The translations under genes were made by a program, and so were the position numbers. The notes under the pieces were generated by a model, which did not search any database, was not told where the DNA came from, and worked only from the letters and a program-made list of their open reading frames with translations. A stretch of 64,000 nt of DNA from an uncultured delta proteobacterium (lineage in GTDB: Bacteria; Desulfobacterota; WTBG01; CAIYCZ01; CAIRTM01): the NCBI GenBank assembly GCA_963804955.1, contig CAWDSQ010000008.1, forward strand, positions 64,001-128,000, written 5' to 3'. Positions 18,606-30,064 of this stretch are shown here, piece after piece. The stretch's first letter is position 1, and the number at the start of each line of letters is the position of its first letter.

Positions 18606-20661
18606 TCCGCGGTAGCGTGAACCAGAAGCACGCCCCTTTGCCGAGCCCCGCCGACTCAACCCAAATCCTGCCGCCATGGACTTCAATTATACGCTTTGCC
18701 AGAGCAAGCCCCATGCCCGATCCCTCGGAATGAGCATCAAGTTTATCGAACAAGCCAAAGAGCCGATCCTTGTAACGCATGTCTATGCCCATCCCGTTAT
18801 CACGCACAAAAAACAAGATATCCCCGTTCTTTTTTTCTGTGCCGATTTCAATGAACGGCTCCTTCTGCGGACCCATGAATTTCACGGCATTGTCCACCAG
18901 ATTTTGAAACACTTTCACCAGACACGGGCGGTCGCCATAGAGCATACTGGGCTCCTGCCCCACCACAACCTGTACGCAACGCTCGGTTATCCGGCCTGCA
19001 ACCAAATCCAAGGCATCCTGGACAAGCTCCTGAAACGGTACTTCCACTGGTGGATTGACAACGCGCCCGATGCGCGACAAGTCAAGCAGTTCTTCAAGCA
19101 GGGCATTCATCCTGTCGGCTGCCGTATGGATAAAGCCCAGATCCTGCGCTACATGTTCCGTATCAGCCTTTGCCATATCCTGCTCCAGATACCCGAGAAA
19201 TGTTTTGATAGTCACCAGCGGGCTTTTCAGATCATGGGAAACCGTATAGTTGAAATGGACAAGCTCCTCGTTTTTTGCCTGCAGAGCCGCTTCTGCCTGC
19301 CTGCGCTCGGTTATGTCCAGCACCATGCCTGACGAGCGGACAATACTACCGGCGTCATTTTTAAAATGGTGGCATTTTTCGTAAACATAGCGTACCTCAC
19401 CGGTTTTTTTACGGACCACCCGGTGCATTATTTCATAGCCGTCCAAGCCTTTCTGCAGCGATTCCGAATACGCTTTGTCAACCGCTGCGCGATCCTCCGG
19501 GTGCACTGCATCAAGAAAAGCCTCAAAGGAGGCTTTAAATTCCTGTGCCTGCAGGCCAAAAATGCGATAGACCTCGTCCGACCAAATTAACCGTTTGGTT
19601 GAAATATCCAAATCCCAGCTTCCAAGATGAGCAATTTCCTGAGCTTTGCTCAACCGTGCAGTACCTTCACGCAACTCGAGCTCCATCTGTTTGCGCGCAG
19701 TAATATCATTGCCGATGGCTAAAAACCCGGTAAGTTTTCCTTCAGAGTCGAAGATCGCCCTGTTCGTCCAGCTTACCCATACCCGGGAGCCGTCTTTGCG
19801 CATGTTTTCATTTTCATTTTGTGCATACTTATCCGGGTTGCGGACAATATCATCAACCATGGCGCGCAAATCGCGGTTTGTGCTGTCGCGTTCGGGCACG
19901 ATGGTGCCAATCACGGATTTGCCCAGTATTTCCTCTTTTGAAAAGCCGAAAAATTTTTCCGCGAATTCATTAAAGAACGTTATTGAGCCCCCCTGTTCCC
20001 AGCGCAGAATAATACTGTTGGCGCATTCGACCAGTTCCCGGTAGTTCTTTTCGCTTTCCAGGAGCGCTTTTTTGTTTTTTTCACCCTCTTGCAGATTTAT
20101 AAAAAGCCTGCAGATGAGCATGGTGGCTACCGGAAACACGACCAGCACCGGGGGGCCGATGCGCCCCATCACATCAACTGATGATGCAGCCGGCAGCAGC
20201 ATCATCATGCCTACCATGACGGTATGTACCAGGAACCCGAAGCCCAGGAGTATAAAATTTGTCATCAGGGCCGGGTTGTGCAGCCGCAGATAATAAAACA
20301 CCACGCCCAGAGCAGCCGACTCGCCGATAACGCTGACGCCCATCAGGGCTCCGCCGCCGCCGAGCCACAGACGGTATGCCCCGCATATTCCCGCAGCGAT
20401 AGCGGCGATAACAGGCCCGCCGAACAGGCCTGCCACAGCAAGGATGATGGAGCGGCCATCGAAAATAATGCCGGGCGCAAAGTGCAGCGGCGTCATCATG
20501 CCGACAATTCCCACACTGCCGAAAATAAATCCTGACAGAACAGAGGCCATATGCGGGTAGCGATTCAGTCTGCGCATGGTTATATTGCTTGAAAGCAGCT
20601 GCTGCGCAAGGATCAAGGCCATAAGCAGCGCTATGTTTTGAATAAGATTAAGGAGTATCAT
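18589..20661 (-). CDS. LytS/YhcK-type 5TM-PAS-PAS histidine kinase
   Basis: GIIFDGRSIIL..AGLFGGP 5TM-LYT motif, two PAS, TVSHDLKSP, HATPase. Confidence 0.92.
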   Translation of the reverse strand: MILLNLIQNIALLMALILAQQLLSSNITMRRLNRYPHMASVLSGFIFGSVGIVGMMTPLHFAPGIIFDGRSIILAVAGLFGGPVIAAIAAGICGAYRLWLGGGGALMGVSVIGESAALGVVFYYLRLHNPALMTNFILLGFGFLVHTVMVGMMMLLPAASSVDVMGRIGPPVLVVFPVATMLICRLFINLQEGEKNKKALLESEKNYRELVECANSIILRWEQGGSITFFNEFAEKFFGFSKEEILGKSVIGTIVPERDSTNRDLRAMVDDIVRNPDKYAQNENENMRKDGSRVWVSWTNRAIFDSEGKLTGFLAIGNDITARKQMELELREGTARLSKAQEIAHLGSWDLDISTKRLIWSDEVYRIFGLQAQEFKASFEAFLDAVHPEDRAAVDKAYSESLQKGLDGYEIMHRVVRKKTGEVRYVYEKCHHFKNDAGSIVRSSGMVLDITERRQAEAALQAKNEELVHFNYTVSHDLKSPLVTIKTFLGYLEQDMAKADTEHVAQDLGFIHTAADRMNALLEELLDLSRIGRVVNPPVEVPFQELVQDALDLVAGRITERCVQVVVGQEPSMLYGDRPCLVKVFQNLVDNAVKFMGPQKEPFIEIGTEKKNGDILFFVRDNGMGIDMRYKDRLFGLFDKLDAHSEGSGMGLALAKRIIEVHGGRIWVESAGLGKGACFWFTLPRKSSES

Positions 20662-20805
20662 GGCTTTAAAACCTTAAAAAATTGTTCAAGGTTCAAAAGT
20701 TCAAAGTTCAAGGTTTTGTTTTTATTTTTTCAACATTGAACTTTGAACCTTCCAACTTTGAACATCTTTTCTATTTTCAGTATTGAACATTGAACCTTGA
20801 ACCTT

Positions 20806-22791
20806 CTAACCTTGAACCAGTTTGCCCGGCAAACTGAACCAAAAACAAGCCCCTTTGCCGAGGCCCTCCGACTCAACCCAAATCCTGCCGCCGTGCAGTT
20901 CAACAATACGCTTCACCAGCGCAAGACCCATGCCCGAACCTTCGATCTCAGGGTGAAGTTTTTCAAACAGTTCAAACAGCTTGTGCGTATGCTGTGGGTC
21001 GATGCCAATGCCGTTATCGCGCACAAAGCATGCAATCTCGCCATTCCTTATTTCAGCACCTATTTCAATAAGCGGCTCGGTTTGCTCTCCCATGAACTTA
21101 GCGGCATTATCAATAAGATTCTGAAAAACCTCCGCCAGCCGCACCCGGTCGCCATAGAGCAGCACCGCCTCTTGTGTTACCTGTACCCGCACTCCCCGCT
21201 GATCAATGCGTCCAGCCACCAGGGCCAGCGCCTCCCGCACGATTTCCTGCAGCGGCGTTTCAACCGATGGGTTCATTACGCGTCCGAGGCGCGACAAATG
21301 CAGCAGCTCATCCAGCAGCTGACCCATTTTCGCCGTGGCAGTATGTATATACTGCAGGTCCCGGGCTATGTTCTCAGTGTCGCCGCGCGACAGGTCATCG
21401 GCAAGGTGGCCCATAAAAGTCCTGATTGTCACCAGCGGGCTTCTCAAATCATGCGAAACAGTGTAGGTAAAGCGTTCCAGCTCGGCGTTTTTTTCCTGCA
21501 AGGCCTGTTCCGCGAGTTTTCGCTCGGTGATATCCAGCAAAAGGGCTGCGGAGTTTAAGAGCTTGCCGTTTTCGCCGTAGTTAAAAATGCTGCAGTCATG
21601 AATATGGCGTATTTCTCCGCCCGGGCGTATGATCCGGTACTCAAGCTCGACCAGGGATCGCTCGTCGTTGAAGCCGTTCCAGGCCTTGACAAGGGCCGGA
21701 TAATCCTCCGGGTGCACGCAACGGGTAAATTCGGAAAAAAGCATGGGACTGCCGACCGGCAGGCCAAGAATGCGGTAGATTTCATCGGACCACCGGTAGT
21801 GTCCTGTTTCGGGATTATAAGTCCAGGTGCCCAAATGGGCTATCTGCCGGGCTTCGGCCAGAAGGCTTTCGGTTTCAAGCAGGGCCGCTTCCACCCTTTT
21901 GCGCTCGGCAAGCTCCAGCTTCAAAGCCTCCTCTGCACGCTTGCGCTGGGTGATGTCGACCACAGCGCCGATGAGCCCGGCCGTGCGGCCGCCCGGGCCG
22001 GGAAATGCAGCCTTATGGAAAACCACATCGTGAACCGCACCCCGGACGTCCCTGACCTGCGACTCATAAACCTGAAGTCCGGAATGCTGCAGCAGTTCAA
22101 GATCCTTTGCGTGATAGACCCGGGCCAGCTCATCATCTGCGATATCGAACACGCTTTTGCCGATAAGGTCCTGACGGGCGCACCCATAGAATTCTTCAAA
22201 GGCCCTGTTGCATCCCAGGTAGCGCGCGTCAAGGTCCTTGTAGAACACCGGCAGCGGAATGGCATTGAGCAGCGCTTCTATGAAAATACTGCTCTGCCGA
22301 AGCCCATCCTCAGCCTTTTTGCGATCGTAGATTTCCTTCAGCAGCAGCTCATTTGCAAGCCGCAAATCGGCTGCCTGATGTTTGAACCTGTTGCGCAGCC
22401 GGCGCAGCTCCAGATGGGTGTGAACGCGGGCAAGCAATTCCTCTGGCTCAAACGGTTTGACAATATAATCGACAGCTCCCAGCTTAAAACCATCGATTCT
22501 CTTTCCTGTTTCCGTGAAACCGCTGAGGAAAATGACCGCAATGTCCCGGCATTCGGGCCGCGCCTGGAGTTGTCTCAAGACCGAAAACCCGTCCATATCC
22601 GGCAAGTTTATATCAAGCAGAATCAATTCCGGCGACAGGGTTTCTACTGCACCAAGAGCCTGCTTGCCGCTGTCGGCGCAGTGCACATGATAGCCCTGCT
22701 GAGACAGTATATGCTCCAGCATAGCCAGTGACGATTCATCATCGTCGACAACAAGAATAGCGCCGGTATCGTTTGTCGTCTTTTTTTCCAT
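20806..22791 (-). CDS. Hybrid kinase REC-PAS-PAS-HisKA-HATPase
   Basis: ILVVDD/LLDINLP, two PAS, TVSHDLRSP, HATPase. Confidence 0.92.
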   Translation of the reverse strand: MEKKTTNDTGAILVVDDDESSLAMLEHILSQQGYHVHCADSGKQALGAVETLSPELILLDINLPDMDGFSVLRQLQARPECRDIAVIFLSGFTETGKRIDGFKLGAVDYIVKPFEPEELLARVHTHLELRRLRNRFKHQAADLRLANELLLKEIYDRKKAEDGLRQSSIFIEALLNAIPLPVFYKDLDARYLGCNRAFEEFYGCARQDLIGKSVFDIADDELARVYHAKDLELLQHSGLQVYESQVRDVRGAVHDVVFHKAAFPGPGGRTAGLIGAVVDITQRKRAEEALKLELAERKRVEAALLETESLLAEARQIAHLGTWTYNPETGHYRWSDEIYRILGLPVGSPMLFSEFTRCVHPEDYPALVKAWNGFNDERSLVELEYRIIRPGGEIRHIHDCSIFNYGENGKLLNSAALLLDITERKLAEQALQEKNAELERFTYTVSHDLRSPLVTIRTFMGHLADDLSRGDTENIARDLQYIHTATAKMGQLLDELLHLSRLGRVMNPSVETPLQEIVREALALVAGRIDQRGVRVQVTQEAVLLYGDRVRLAEVFQNLIDNAAKFMGEQTEPLIEIGAEIRNGEIACFVRDNGIGIDPQHTHKLFELFEKLHPEIEGSGMGLALVKRIVELHGGRIWVESEGLGKGACFWFSLPGKLVQG

Positions 22792-22961
22792 TTAGCACCT
22801 GCATTCGATACGCTGTGGCGAAACGGATTCAAAATTCCGGATTCAAAACAAAAAAATTCAAAATGAAAAACATAGATTTATAATGTGAAAATAGTTTCTT
22901 CTTTGTGAATTTTGATTCATGCATCTTCTTTCCACTCCCAATTCCATACCCTCGGCCGCAT

Positions 22962-23837
22962 CTACGATCTTTCGGGCGGGACAACCCCGTCCCTACGATC
23001 CGAACTGACTATATTTTTTAACGGCAAAGAAAAAAAGAATGTTGTGCCTTTTCCCTCCGCGGTTTGTACCCATATGTCGCCGCCGTGGGCCACCACGATT
23101 TTTTTTGAAATGGCCAGGCCAAGGCCGGTGCTGGACTCGCCGGCCGTGCTTTGCACGCTGGTTCTGCCAAAGGGCTTAAAAAGCTGGTCGACTTCCTTTT
23201 GGGGTATGCCCTGGCCCTGGTCGCTGACTGACACAACTACACGGGCGCCCTCGCTGGCCACCGCGATATCGACTGCGGTTCCGGATGCGGAAAATTTAAT
23301 AGCGTTTGAAATCAGATTATCCAGCACCTGATCGATTTTCTGCCCGTCAAAGAAAGCCGGTATGCCGGTATGCTCATTCGTAATATGCAGTGCAATCTGT
23401 TTTTTCTGCGCCAGAAAACTGTTAAAGCGCACCGCCTGCTGAACATGCTCCATGAGATTGCCCGGCTGCACAAGCAACTCAAATTTCCCCGATTCAATTT
23501 TTGCAATATCAAGAAAGCTGTTCACAACTTCGAGGGCTGAACGGCCTGTTTTTTCAATGATCGACAAAAATTTCGTTTGGTCTTCATCAAGCAGGGGGCT
23601 GATTTCTTCCGCTAAAATTTCACTATAGTTTATGATAAGAGCAAGGGGCTTGCGGATATCATGGGCCGCCATACCGACAAAGCGGTTTTTTTCTTCATTG
23701 AGCTGCGCCAGCTCGACATTTTTTTTTGCAAGCTCGCGATGCATATCGGCAAGCTCATTGTTCAGTCGCGAAAGCTCCTCGTACAGGTCAACCCCTGTGC
23801 GGCTGTTTTTCGTATCGATAGTTGGTGTGTCTTCCAT
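22962..23837 (-). CDS. Sensor-less histidine kinase (coiled coil-HisKA-HATPase)
   Basis: ELSRLNNELADMHRELAKKN, MAAHDIRKP, NLISNAIKF, STGLGL. Confidence 0.9.
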   Translation of the reverse strand: MEDTPTIDTKNSRTGVDLYEELSRLNNELADMHRELAKKNVELAQLNEEKNRFVGMAAHDIRKPLALIINYSEILAEEISPLLDEDQTKFLSIIEKTGRSALEVVNSFLDIAKIESGKFELLVQPGNLMEHVQQAVRFNSFLAQKKQIALHITNEHTGIPAFFDGQKIDQVLDNLISNAIKFSASGTAVDIAVASEGARVVVSVSDQGQGIPQKEVDQLFKPFGRTSVQSTAGESSTGLGLAISKKIVVAHGGDIWVQTAEGKGTTFFFSLPLKNIVSSDRRDGVVPPERS

Positions 23838-24110
23838 AAGGGCCTTAAAAAAGTTCAGGGTTCAAGGTTCAAGGTTTAAGGTTTAAGGTTGTAGGGGCGA
23901 ATGGCATTCGCCCTCTAGTTCGGAGTTGAGAGTTCGGAGTTCGGAGTATAAAAACACCGAACTTCTCTTTCCGTCTTCCCTCCCCTTGTGGGAGGACCGA
24001 GGGAGGGGGCCAATAAATGATTTCTGATAGTATCCATAACCCCGTCAATATTTAAAACCCAGGGCAGACACGCAGGTCTGCCCTTGCGATTTCGAATCAT
24101 GAATCATGAA

Positions 24111-25163
24111 TTAAATGCCTGCTATGCGCAACGCCTCCCGGGCCGAACCTGCATAAAAGTCAGCGCCGACAAGCTTTGCCAGGCCGGCGTCACGGTTGAA
24201 GCCGAAACCGCCGACAATGATTTTTGTCGGCCGGGTATCCGAGGCCCGCACCTTTTCGATAATTTTTTCTACCTTATTGACGCTTGAGGCCATTGCCGCG
24301 GATATGCCCAGAATATCGGCTTTCTTTTCAAGCAGCGTGTCGACGATGTTATAGGCGGGCATATTGGCGCCCAGATAGCACACATTCCAGCCTTCCATTT
24401 CAAATAAATCAGCCACCATTCGCATGCCGATTTCATGCAGCTCGCCGCTGACGCATATGCCGACCATGGCGCCGCCCTTTTTTTCTGCATTGCAGATATG
24501 CGGGTAGTACAGCTGCGACATGATGAGCTGCGTAACGGCGCTGCAAAAATGCTCCTGCGCAACCGTGATTTTATTTGTCTGCCAGAGGCGGCCTATTTCA
24601 TACTGCACGGGCTGCAGGACATTGATATAGATATCCTGTATGGGCATGCCTGCTTGAAAGCTGTCCATCACCAGCCGGGTCGCGGCGGCGCGATCACCCA
24701 GCAGCACGGCATCGAGATACCGCTGTGCAAGCTCTCCCTGCGGCGACTGCGGGTCGATAAATGAGCAGGGTGCTTCCAGCGGGCCGCTTATTTCAGACCT
24801 GCCCGCCTGCATATAGCTGGAAATTATCTCGTGGGTTTCCGGGGGAAGCGCCGCCAGCAGCCCCGCCCTGACAAGCTCGACATTTTTTTCAAGCACGTCA
24901 AGCGCAATGCCATTGCTGCTGAACATTGATTTTGTCCAGTCGATATATTCGGTAAACAGGCCCGGGTTTTTTTCCGCAATCGCATTGGCAAGATAGGAAA
25001 GCTCATAATGGGTGTATTCCAGCAGCTTTTCCGGCTCTACGCCGAACCGGTCAAACATCCCCTGCAGTGCGCCGTATCTGCTCCGGGCGATTTCCCGGGA
25101 AAGGGCGTCCTGCGAGGCAAGTATCAGGGAGCTGACTTTCTGCTCGTCAATGTGTGCGGCCAT
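24111..25163 (-). CDS. Cobalamin-binding protein (CarH-type B12 module) with an N-terminal helical domain
   Basis: W-x9-EH (WQTNKITVAQEH), ExH (ELHEIG), YLGANMP, IIVGG. Confidence 0.88.
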   Translation of the reverse strand: MAAHIDEQKVSSLILASQDALSREIARSRYGALQGMFDRFGVEPEKLLEYTHYELSYLANAIAEKNPGLFTEYIDWTKSMFSSNGIALDVLEKNVELVRAGLLAALPPETHEIISSYMQAGRSEISGPLEAPCSFIDPQSPQGELAQRYLDAVLLGDRAAATRLVMDSFQAGMPIQDIYINVLQPVQYEIGRLWQTNKITVAQEHFCSAVTQLIMSQLYYPHICNAEKKGGAMVGICVSGELHEIGMRMVADLFEMEGWNVCYLGANMPAYNIVDTLLEKKADILGISAAMASSVNKVEKIIEKVRASDTRPTKIIVGGFGFNRDAGLAKLVGADFYAGSAREALRIAGI

Positions 25164-25187
25164 GAAACCTCCGTGTCATTAAAAGGT

Positions 25188-25560
25188 TGATTCAAAATTC
25201 CGGATTCAAGATTCAAGATAAAAGTCAAGATTCAAAATGTTGAACATGTTTGCCATCCCCAGTGTTGAGGGTTCGACCCTTCTTGATCTTCATCTTGAAT
25301 CTTGAATCAGCAATCTTGAATTAGATTTTTTAGGATTTAAATCCCCCTCCCTTTCATTCCTCCCACCAGGGGAGGGTAAAATTAACTTTGCTGCACCTCG
25401 GGCCGGCGGTAGAGATCCTGCCCGTAATTAAAATTAAGAATCGTTTTCAACTCGGGATTTGAATCATCAATAACCTTGAACACAGTTTCCAGGGAACGTT
25501 ACATTTTGAATCTTCACTCCGAAAGTCTTGAATCTCTCACTCCGAACTCTGAACTCATGC
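25188..25560. repeat. Inverted GATTCAA/TTGAATC arrays, DUF559-type palindrome, CCGAACT units
   Basis: Direct reading. Confidence 0.85.
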
Positions 25561-28130
25561 AATCTCCTGCCCCAGGCAGCTGGAGAACCAAACGCACGCT
25601 CCCTTGCCCAACCCTTCAGACTCAATCCATATCCTGCCGCCATGAACCTCCACGATTCGTTTCGCCAGCGCGAGGCCCATGCCCGTACCCTCCATCTCCG
25701 GATCAAACTTCTCAAAAAGGTCGAACACTTTGTCTATATGCCGCGGGTCTATGCCCACGCCGTTATCGAGCACGAACAAAAGATTCTCGCCATTTTTTGT
25801 TTTCAGGCCGATTTCAATCTTCGGCTCCTTTTGATCGCCCATGAATTTGACGGCATTGTCTATAAGGTTCTGAAACAACTCGACCAGCCGCACGCGGTCG
25901 CCGCGCAGCAGCAGGGGTTGCTGCGTGATTTCAACCCGAACGCCCCGCCGGGCAATCTGGCCTGCCACAATGGTCAGCGCCTCGTTCACGATATCCTGCA
26001 GCGGCGCTTCAACCTCCGGGTTCAAGACGCGACCGATGCGCGTCAGCTCCAGCAGTTCATCCAGCAGCCTGCCCATCTTGTCGGCAGCTCCGCGGATATA
26101 GGTAAAATCTTTTTCTATGCGCCCGGCATCCTGCTTCTGCAAGTCTTTCTCCAGGTACCCAAGAAAGGTTTTCACCGTCACGAGCGGGCTTTTTAAATCG
26201 TGAGACATGGTGTAGGTAAAGCGCGTCAGCTCGGCATTTGTTTCCAGCAATTGCTTTTTCATAGCGCTCGCGGCTCGAGGCGTGCGATTAAGTATTGGCG
26301 CCACATGATCGGCTATGCTTTGCAGCTTCTGCATATCGGCCCCGGTGTAATCGGTTGTTTTATTGGCCACCTGGAAAAGGCCGATAACCTCACCCCCCAG
26401 CATAATGGGCAGTGATATATGCCGTTCGAGAACGACATGCCCCTCGGGGGTTTTTGAGGAGCGCTCATTGGTGTAATTTGCTTTTTTTTCACGTATGGCC
26501 CGGGGCCAGCTGCTGCGCCCCAGGTCTCACGGGGAAATCGTATGGTTTTATCGGGCATCTGGCATCGGTCCCAGATCTGACGGGTCATGGTTGGCACAAC
26601 CAGCGAGCCATCAGTATCGAGATAGCCGAAAACGCCAAACTGGCTTTGCATGACCTCAAGAATAACCAGCAGTACTTCATTATACATTTCCTCATCTGAG
26701 GCGGTAATAAAGATAGTCGCAATTTTGGCCTGCAGGGCCAGCGTCCGCTCTGCCTGCTTGCGTTCGGTGATGTCGCGGATATTGCACTGGATCACTTTCT
26801 TGCCGTTCACGAGATAAACATTGCTGACGAATTCGACTTCAATACGCTGCCCGGCGGCGGTTTCCAGAGGCAAATTCTCATAGCGGATGTATTCATTGTC
26901 CTGCAATTCCGTAAAGTTTTCTTTGCTGGTGATGATATCCCTGAAAAAGCCCAGCTCCCAGATTTCCTTTTCGAGAAAAGCCTCGTGTGCAAAACCCAGC
27001 AACTCGATCAGAAAAGGGTTCACATCCACGACCATTCCGGTCTTGGCATCAAGTATCAAAATACCGTCTTTGGCAGTCTCGAAAAGCCTGCGATACCGTA
27101 TCTCCGAAGCGCGCAGCGCCTCTGCAGCCTGCAATTGTTCCCGGTAGAACAGCATCCGCTGCTGCCGCCACAGGCCGAACAACATCGCTGCCAGGCCGCA
27201 GAATATGCTTATAACCACAATAATCGTGGTCCAGAACCGCGCCTGCAGCGGCGCAAATATTTCAGTAGTGTCCATGCGCGCCACCAGAAACCACGGCGAA
27301 TCAGGCACCCGGCGCAGGGCGGCAATGACAGGTTGTGTACGGTAATCTCTACCTTCAAAAATCCCTTCCCTGCCCAGTGCCGCCCTCGCGGCAGGCAATA
27401 GAAGATTGGTCAGGGGAAAGCGCAGGTTAAGGGCGGTATTTTTTTGAAACTTCAGTTCATTCAAAAAAAGCACACTGGCGCCGTCGCGGCGCACGAGAAG
27501 CGTTTCGGCCGTACTGCTTGACGTGGGCCAGCGTTTGAGAATCGGGTAGAGGTACTATCCGGATTAATGCGAAGGACTATTATGCCCAAGGGCCGGCGGC
27601 CGGTCTGGGTATCGTAGAAGGGTACCACAGGGCTATATGCGGGGTATCTCTGTATTGCGGTGGAGATCCTGAAAACGATCTGTTTCGAGCTAGCGCTTCT
27701 GGATAAGCTGCGAAGAGTAGCGGATACTGGCGGCTGCATGTCATCCGGTGTCAGGCGGCGAACTCCCTGTGCATCAAAGAGGCTGATCCGGTTATAGCTG
27801 AAATTCTCCTTCACCCGGCCTAACCAGGAGCTGTTTTTGTGCATCGGTATCCTGCGGATTATTCAAATAGCGCTGCACCAGAGCTGAAAAAACGGTGTTT
27901 TTGAAGAATAGTTTGAGCCGTCACCCAGCCGTTCCTTCCTCCACTGCACCAGCTCGTCCACCTTCAAATCGGCTATGGCTGAGAGCTGATACTCCACTTG
28001 CATGCGGAAATGCCGTGAATACGTGCGATAGGAAGTATAGCCGATAGCGATTATGCCCGCGGCAAAGATAAGGAAAATGATGACGAGCGCATACGGGAAA
28101 TGGCTGCCGTGTTTAGTGCGGGTTGCATGC
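25555..28130 (-). CDS. Membrane sensor kinase (TM-Cache-like-TM-PAS-GAF-HisKA-HATPase), heavily frameshifted; start approximate
   Basis: Fragments YALVIIFLIFAAGII...QLSAIADLKV, ORFs 27461-27844, 26313-27494 and 25555-26403 (TMSHDLKSP). Confidence 0.7.
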
Positions 28131-28223
28131 TTGCCTTCCCCTGAAGGGGTTATTGATTGGGAGTTGGGATTGGGAGTTCAGAGTTCGAATAGGGTAAAAA
28201 CATTTCCGTTAAATTAGTGATTT

Positions 28224-28940
28224 TTATCTGAATCCGAAATGTTGAATCTTCTTTCTTAAACATTTCCGGATAGAGTTTCCGCGCGCATTCGGGGCAGATG
28301 CCGTGCCTGAATTCAGCCTCGAGTGCTCGACTATGTATTTCTCGATTCTGTTCCAGTAGCCGTCATCATCCCTGATTTTTTTGCAGTTGCTGCAAATAGG
28401 GATCATGCCCTTCAGTGTCCGTATGTTTTCCAGTGCCCCTTGCAATTCCAGAATCAGATTTTCCCTGTCCTGCTCGGCTTGTTTGCGCTCAGTAATTTCA
28501 TGCTGGAGTTGTTGATTGGCAAGCCGTAAATCAGCAGCCTGCTGTTCAAAACTATCACGCAGCCGGCTGAGCGACAGGTGTGTCTGCACCCGTGCCAGCA
28601 ATTCTTCACGCTGAAACGGTTTGGTGATAAAGTCAACGGCGCCAAGCTTCAAGCCCTTGACCCGCTGCGCCATTTCCGTAAGCCCACTGAGGAAAATAAC
28701 GGGGATGTCCCGGGTTGCCTGCTCCGCTTTGAGCCGCTGCAAAACCTCAAACCCATCCATATCCGGCATGCAGATGTCCAGCAGTATCAATTCCGGGGAG
28801 AGGCAGCTGCACAGACCAGCGCCAGTTGCCCCGTTGTCTACGGGGCGCACCTGATAGCCTTCGCTCAACAGGATATGCGTCAACAGATCCAGTGACTCCC
28901 TTGTGTCGTCAACAACCAGAATGCTGCCTTTGCCGATCAT
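28224..28940 (-). CDS. Response regulator with C-terminal Cys/His domain (IPICSNCKKIRDD...HGICPEC); frameshifts, end approximate
   Basis: Receiver motifs; GGAGG SD before MIGKG; HGICPECARKLYPE in the shifted frame near 28300. Confidence 0.8.
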   Translation of the reverse strand: MIGKGSILVVDDTRESLDLLTHILLSEGYQVRPVDNGATGAGLCSCLSPELILLDICMPDMDGFEVLQRLKAEQATRDIPVIFLSGLTEMAQRVKGLKLGAVDFITKPFQREELLARVQTHLSLSRLRDSFEQQAADLRLANQQLQHEITERKQAEQDRENLILELQGALENIRTLKGMIPICSNCKKIRDDDGYWNRIEKYIVEHSRLNSGTASAPNARGNSIRKCLRKKIQHFGFR

Positions 28941-29149
28941 ATCGTTTTCCTCCGGAAACTCATTAGCATGCAGGATTCCTGCAATTGACAAGAAGACGAG
29001 GGCTGACTTTTTAATCTGTCTCATACACCAGCCCATGCTATCTATATAGATTATATTGAAAACCAAACTTTTAATAAGGCATATACTTTTATTTTTTCAT
29101 ATTTTTAATGGAGCCATACAGAATGAACAACATTCTCTTGATTTAACAT

Positions 29150-29296
29150 TACAAAAATCAGGCCACATGAACCATGTTTGGCATAAGTATAAATACATAT
29201 TTTATTTAGTAAAAAAATAAATAAAATAAAAAAATGTTTCAATTTTTTTTAAACGTAATACTGTATGGCACAAACCGTGTCGGCACAAACTGTGTC
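29150..29296 (-). promoter_or_regulatory. Putative sigma-54 promoter (29150-29165) with 30-bp upstream site (29267-29296)
   Basis: TGGCCTGATTTTTGTA on minus strand; GGCACA-N18-TGTGTC 102 bp upstream. Confidence 0.55.
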
Positions 29297-29322
29297 AAAG
29301 TGTGTCATGGTGCCGCAAGGAA

Positions 29323-29945
29323 AGTTCAGAGTCCTGTGTTCGGAGTTCAGAGCGTAGGGGCACGGTGCCCGCCCCTGAGTTCGGTGTTCGGAGTATGAAA
29401 TTCAAGATTTCCGGATTCAAGATTCAAAATAATTTTCCCCCCTCGTGGGAGGGAATGAAAGGGAGGGGGATTGAATTTAAAATCAATTCAGGATTGCACT
29501 CTCAACAAAAAACGGCATTCAGTAATCTGTGGTTTTTACAAATCTTCGCTTAACCTTGGAGCGCAGCCCGTTCTTGTTTGGGTGGGACGCAGCGCATTTG
29601 TTTAGCACTTTAGATTGCTGATTCATGCTACATGAAGAAAAAAAAAGCATGAAGATTATTGGCCCAGGCAGGCTCGGGAGAGATCTTTGTAGTAAGTAAA
29701 ATCAATGGCTTAAGATTGATGCGCGGGAACCTAGAATTAAATATAGATTCATGATTCAAAATTTAAGTTAAATGGGGGAGGAGTGAAGAGATTCAAAATT
29801 CAACATTGAGGATGGCAAACATATTCCACGGTTTAAATCAGTGAATTTTATCCTGAATCCATCCGGAATCAATTTATTCATCTTGAATCAGCAATCTTGA
29901 ATTGATTAAAAAATTGTAGGGGCAAACCTGTGTTGGTTTGCCCCA
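29323..29945. repeat. Large composite repeat block (heptamers, REPs, DUF559-type palindrome, MITE-internal fragment)
   Basis: Direct reading; 29677-29717 matches 11803-11843. Confidence 0.85.
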
Positions 29946-30064
29946 GGGGGCGGTTGAGGTGGAGGGAGCAGAAAGGGCTCCGAGAGCATATCCGTCGCAT
30001 AAGGGGAGGAATGTGCCGGACATGCTCCGCATTGCCCTGTTTGTTTTAAGTTTTTTTCTGCATG

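Noticed and set aside
17186..22731. Long plus-strand ORFs (17186-18205, 21598-22731 and similar)
   Set aside because: Antisense shadows of well-supported kinase genes
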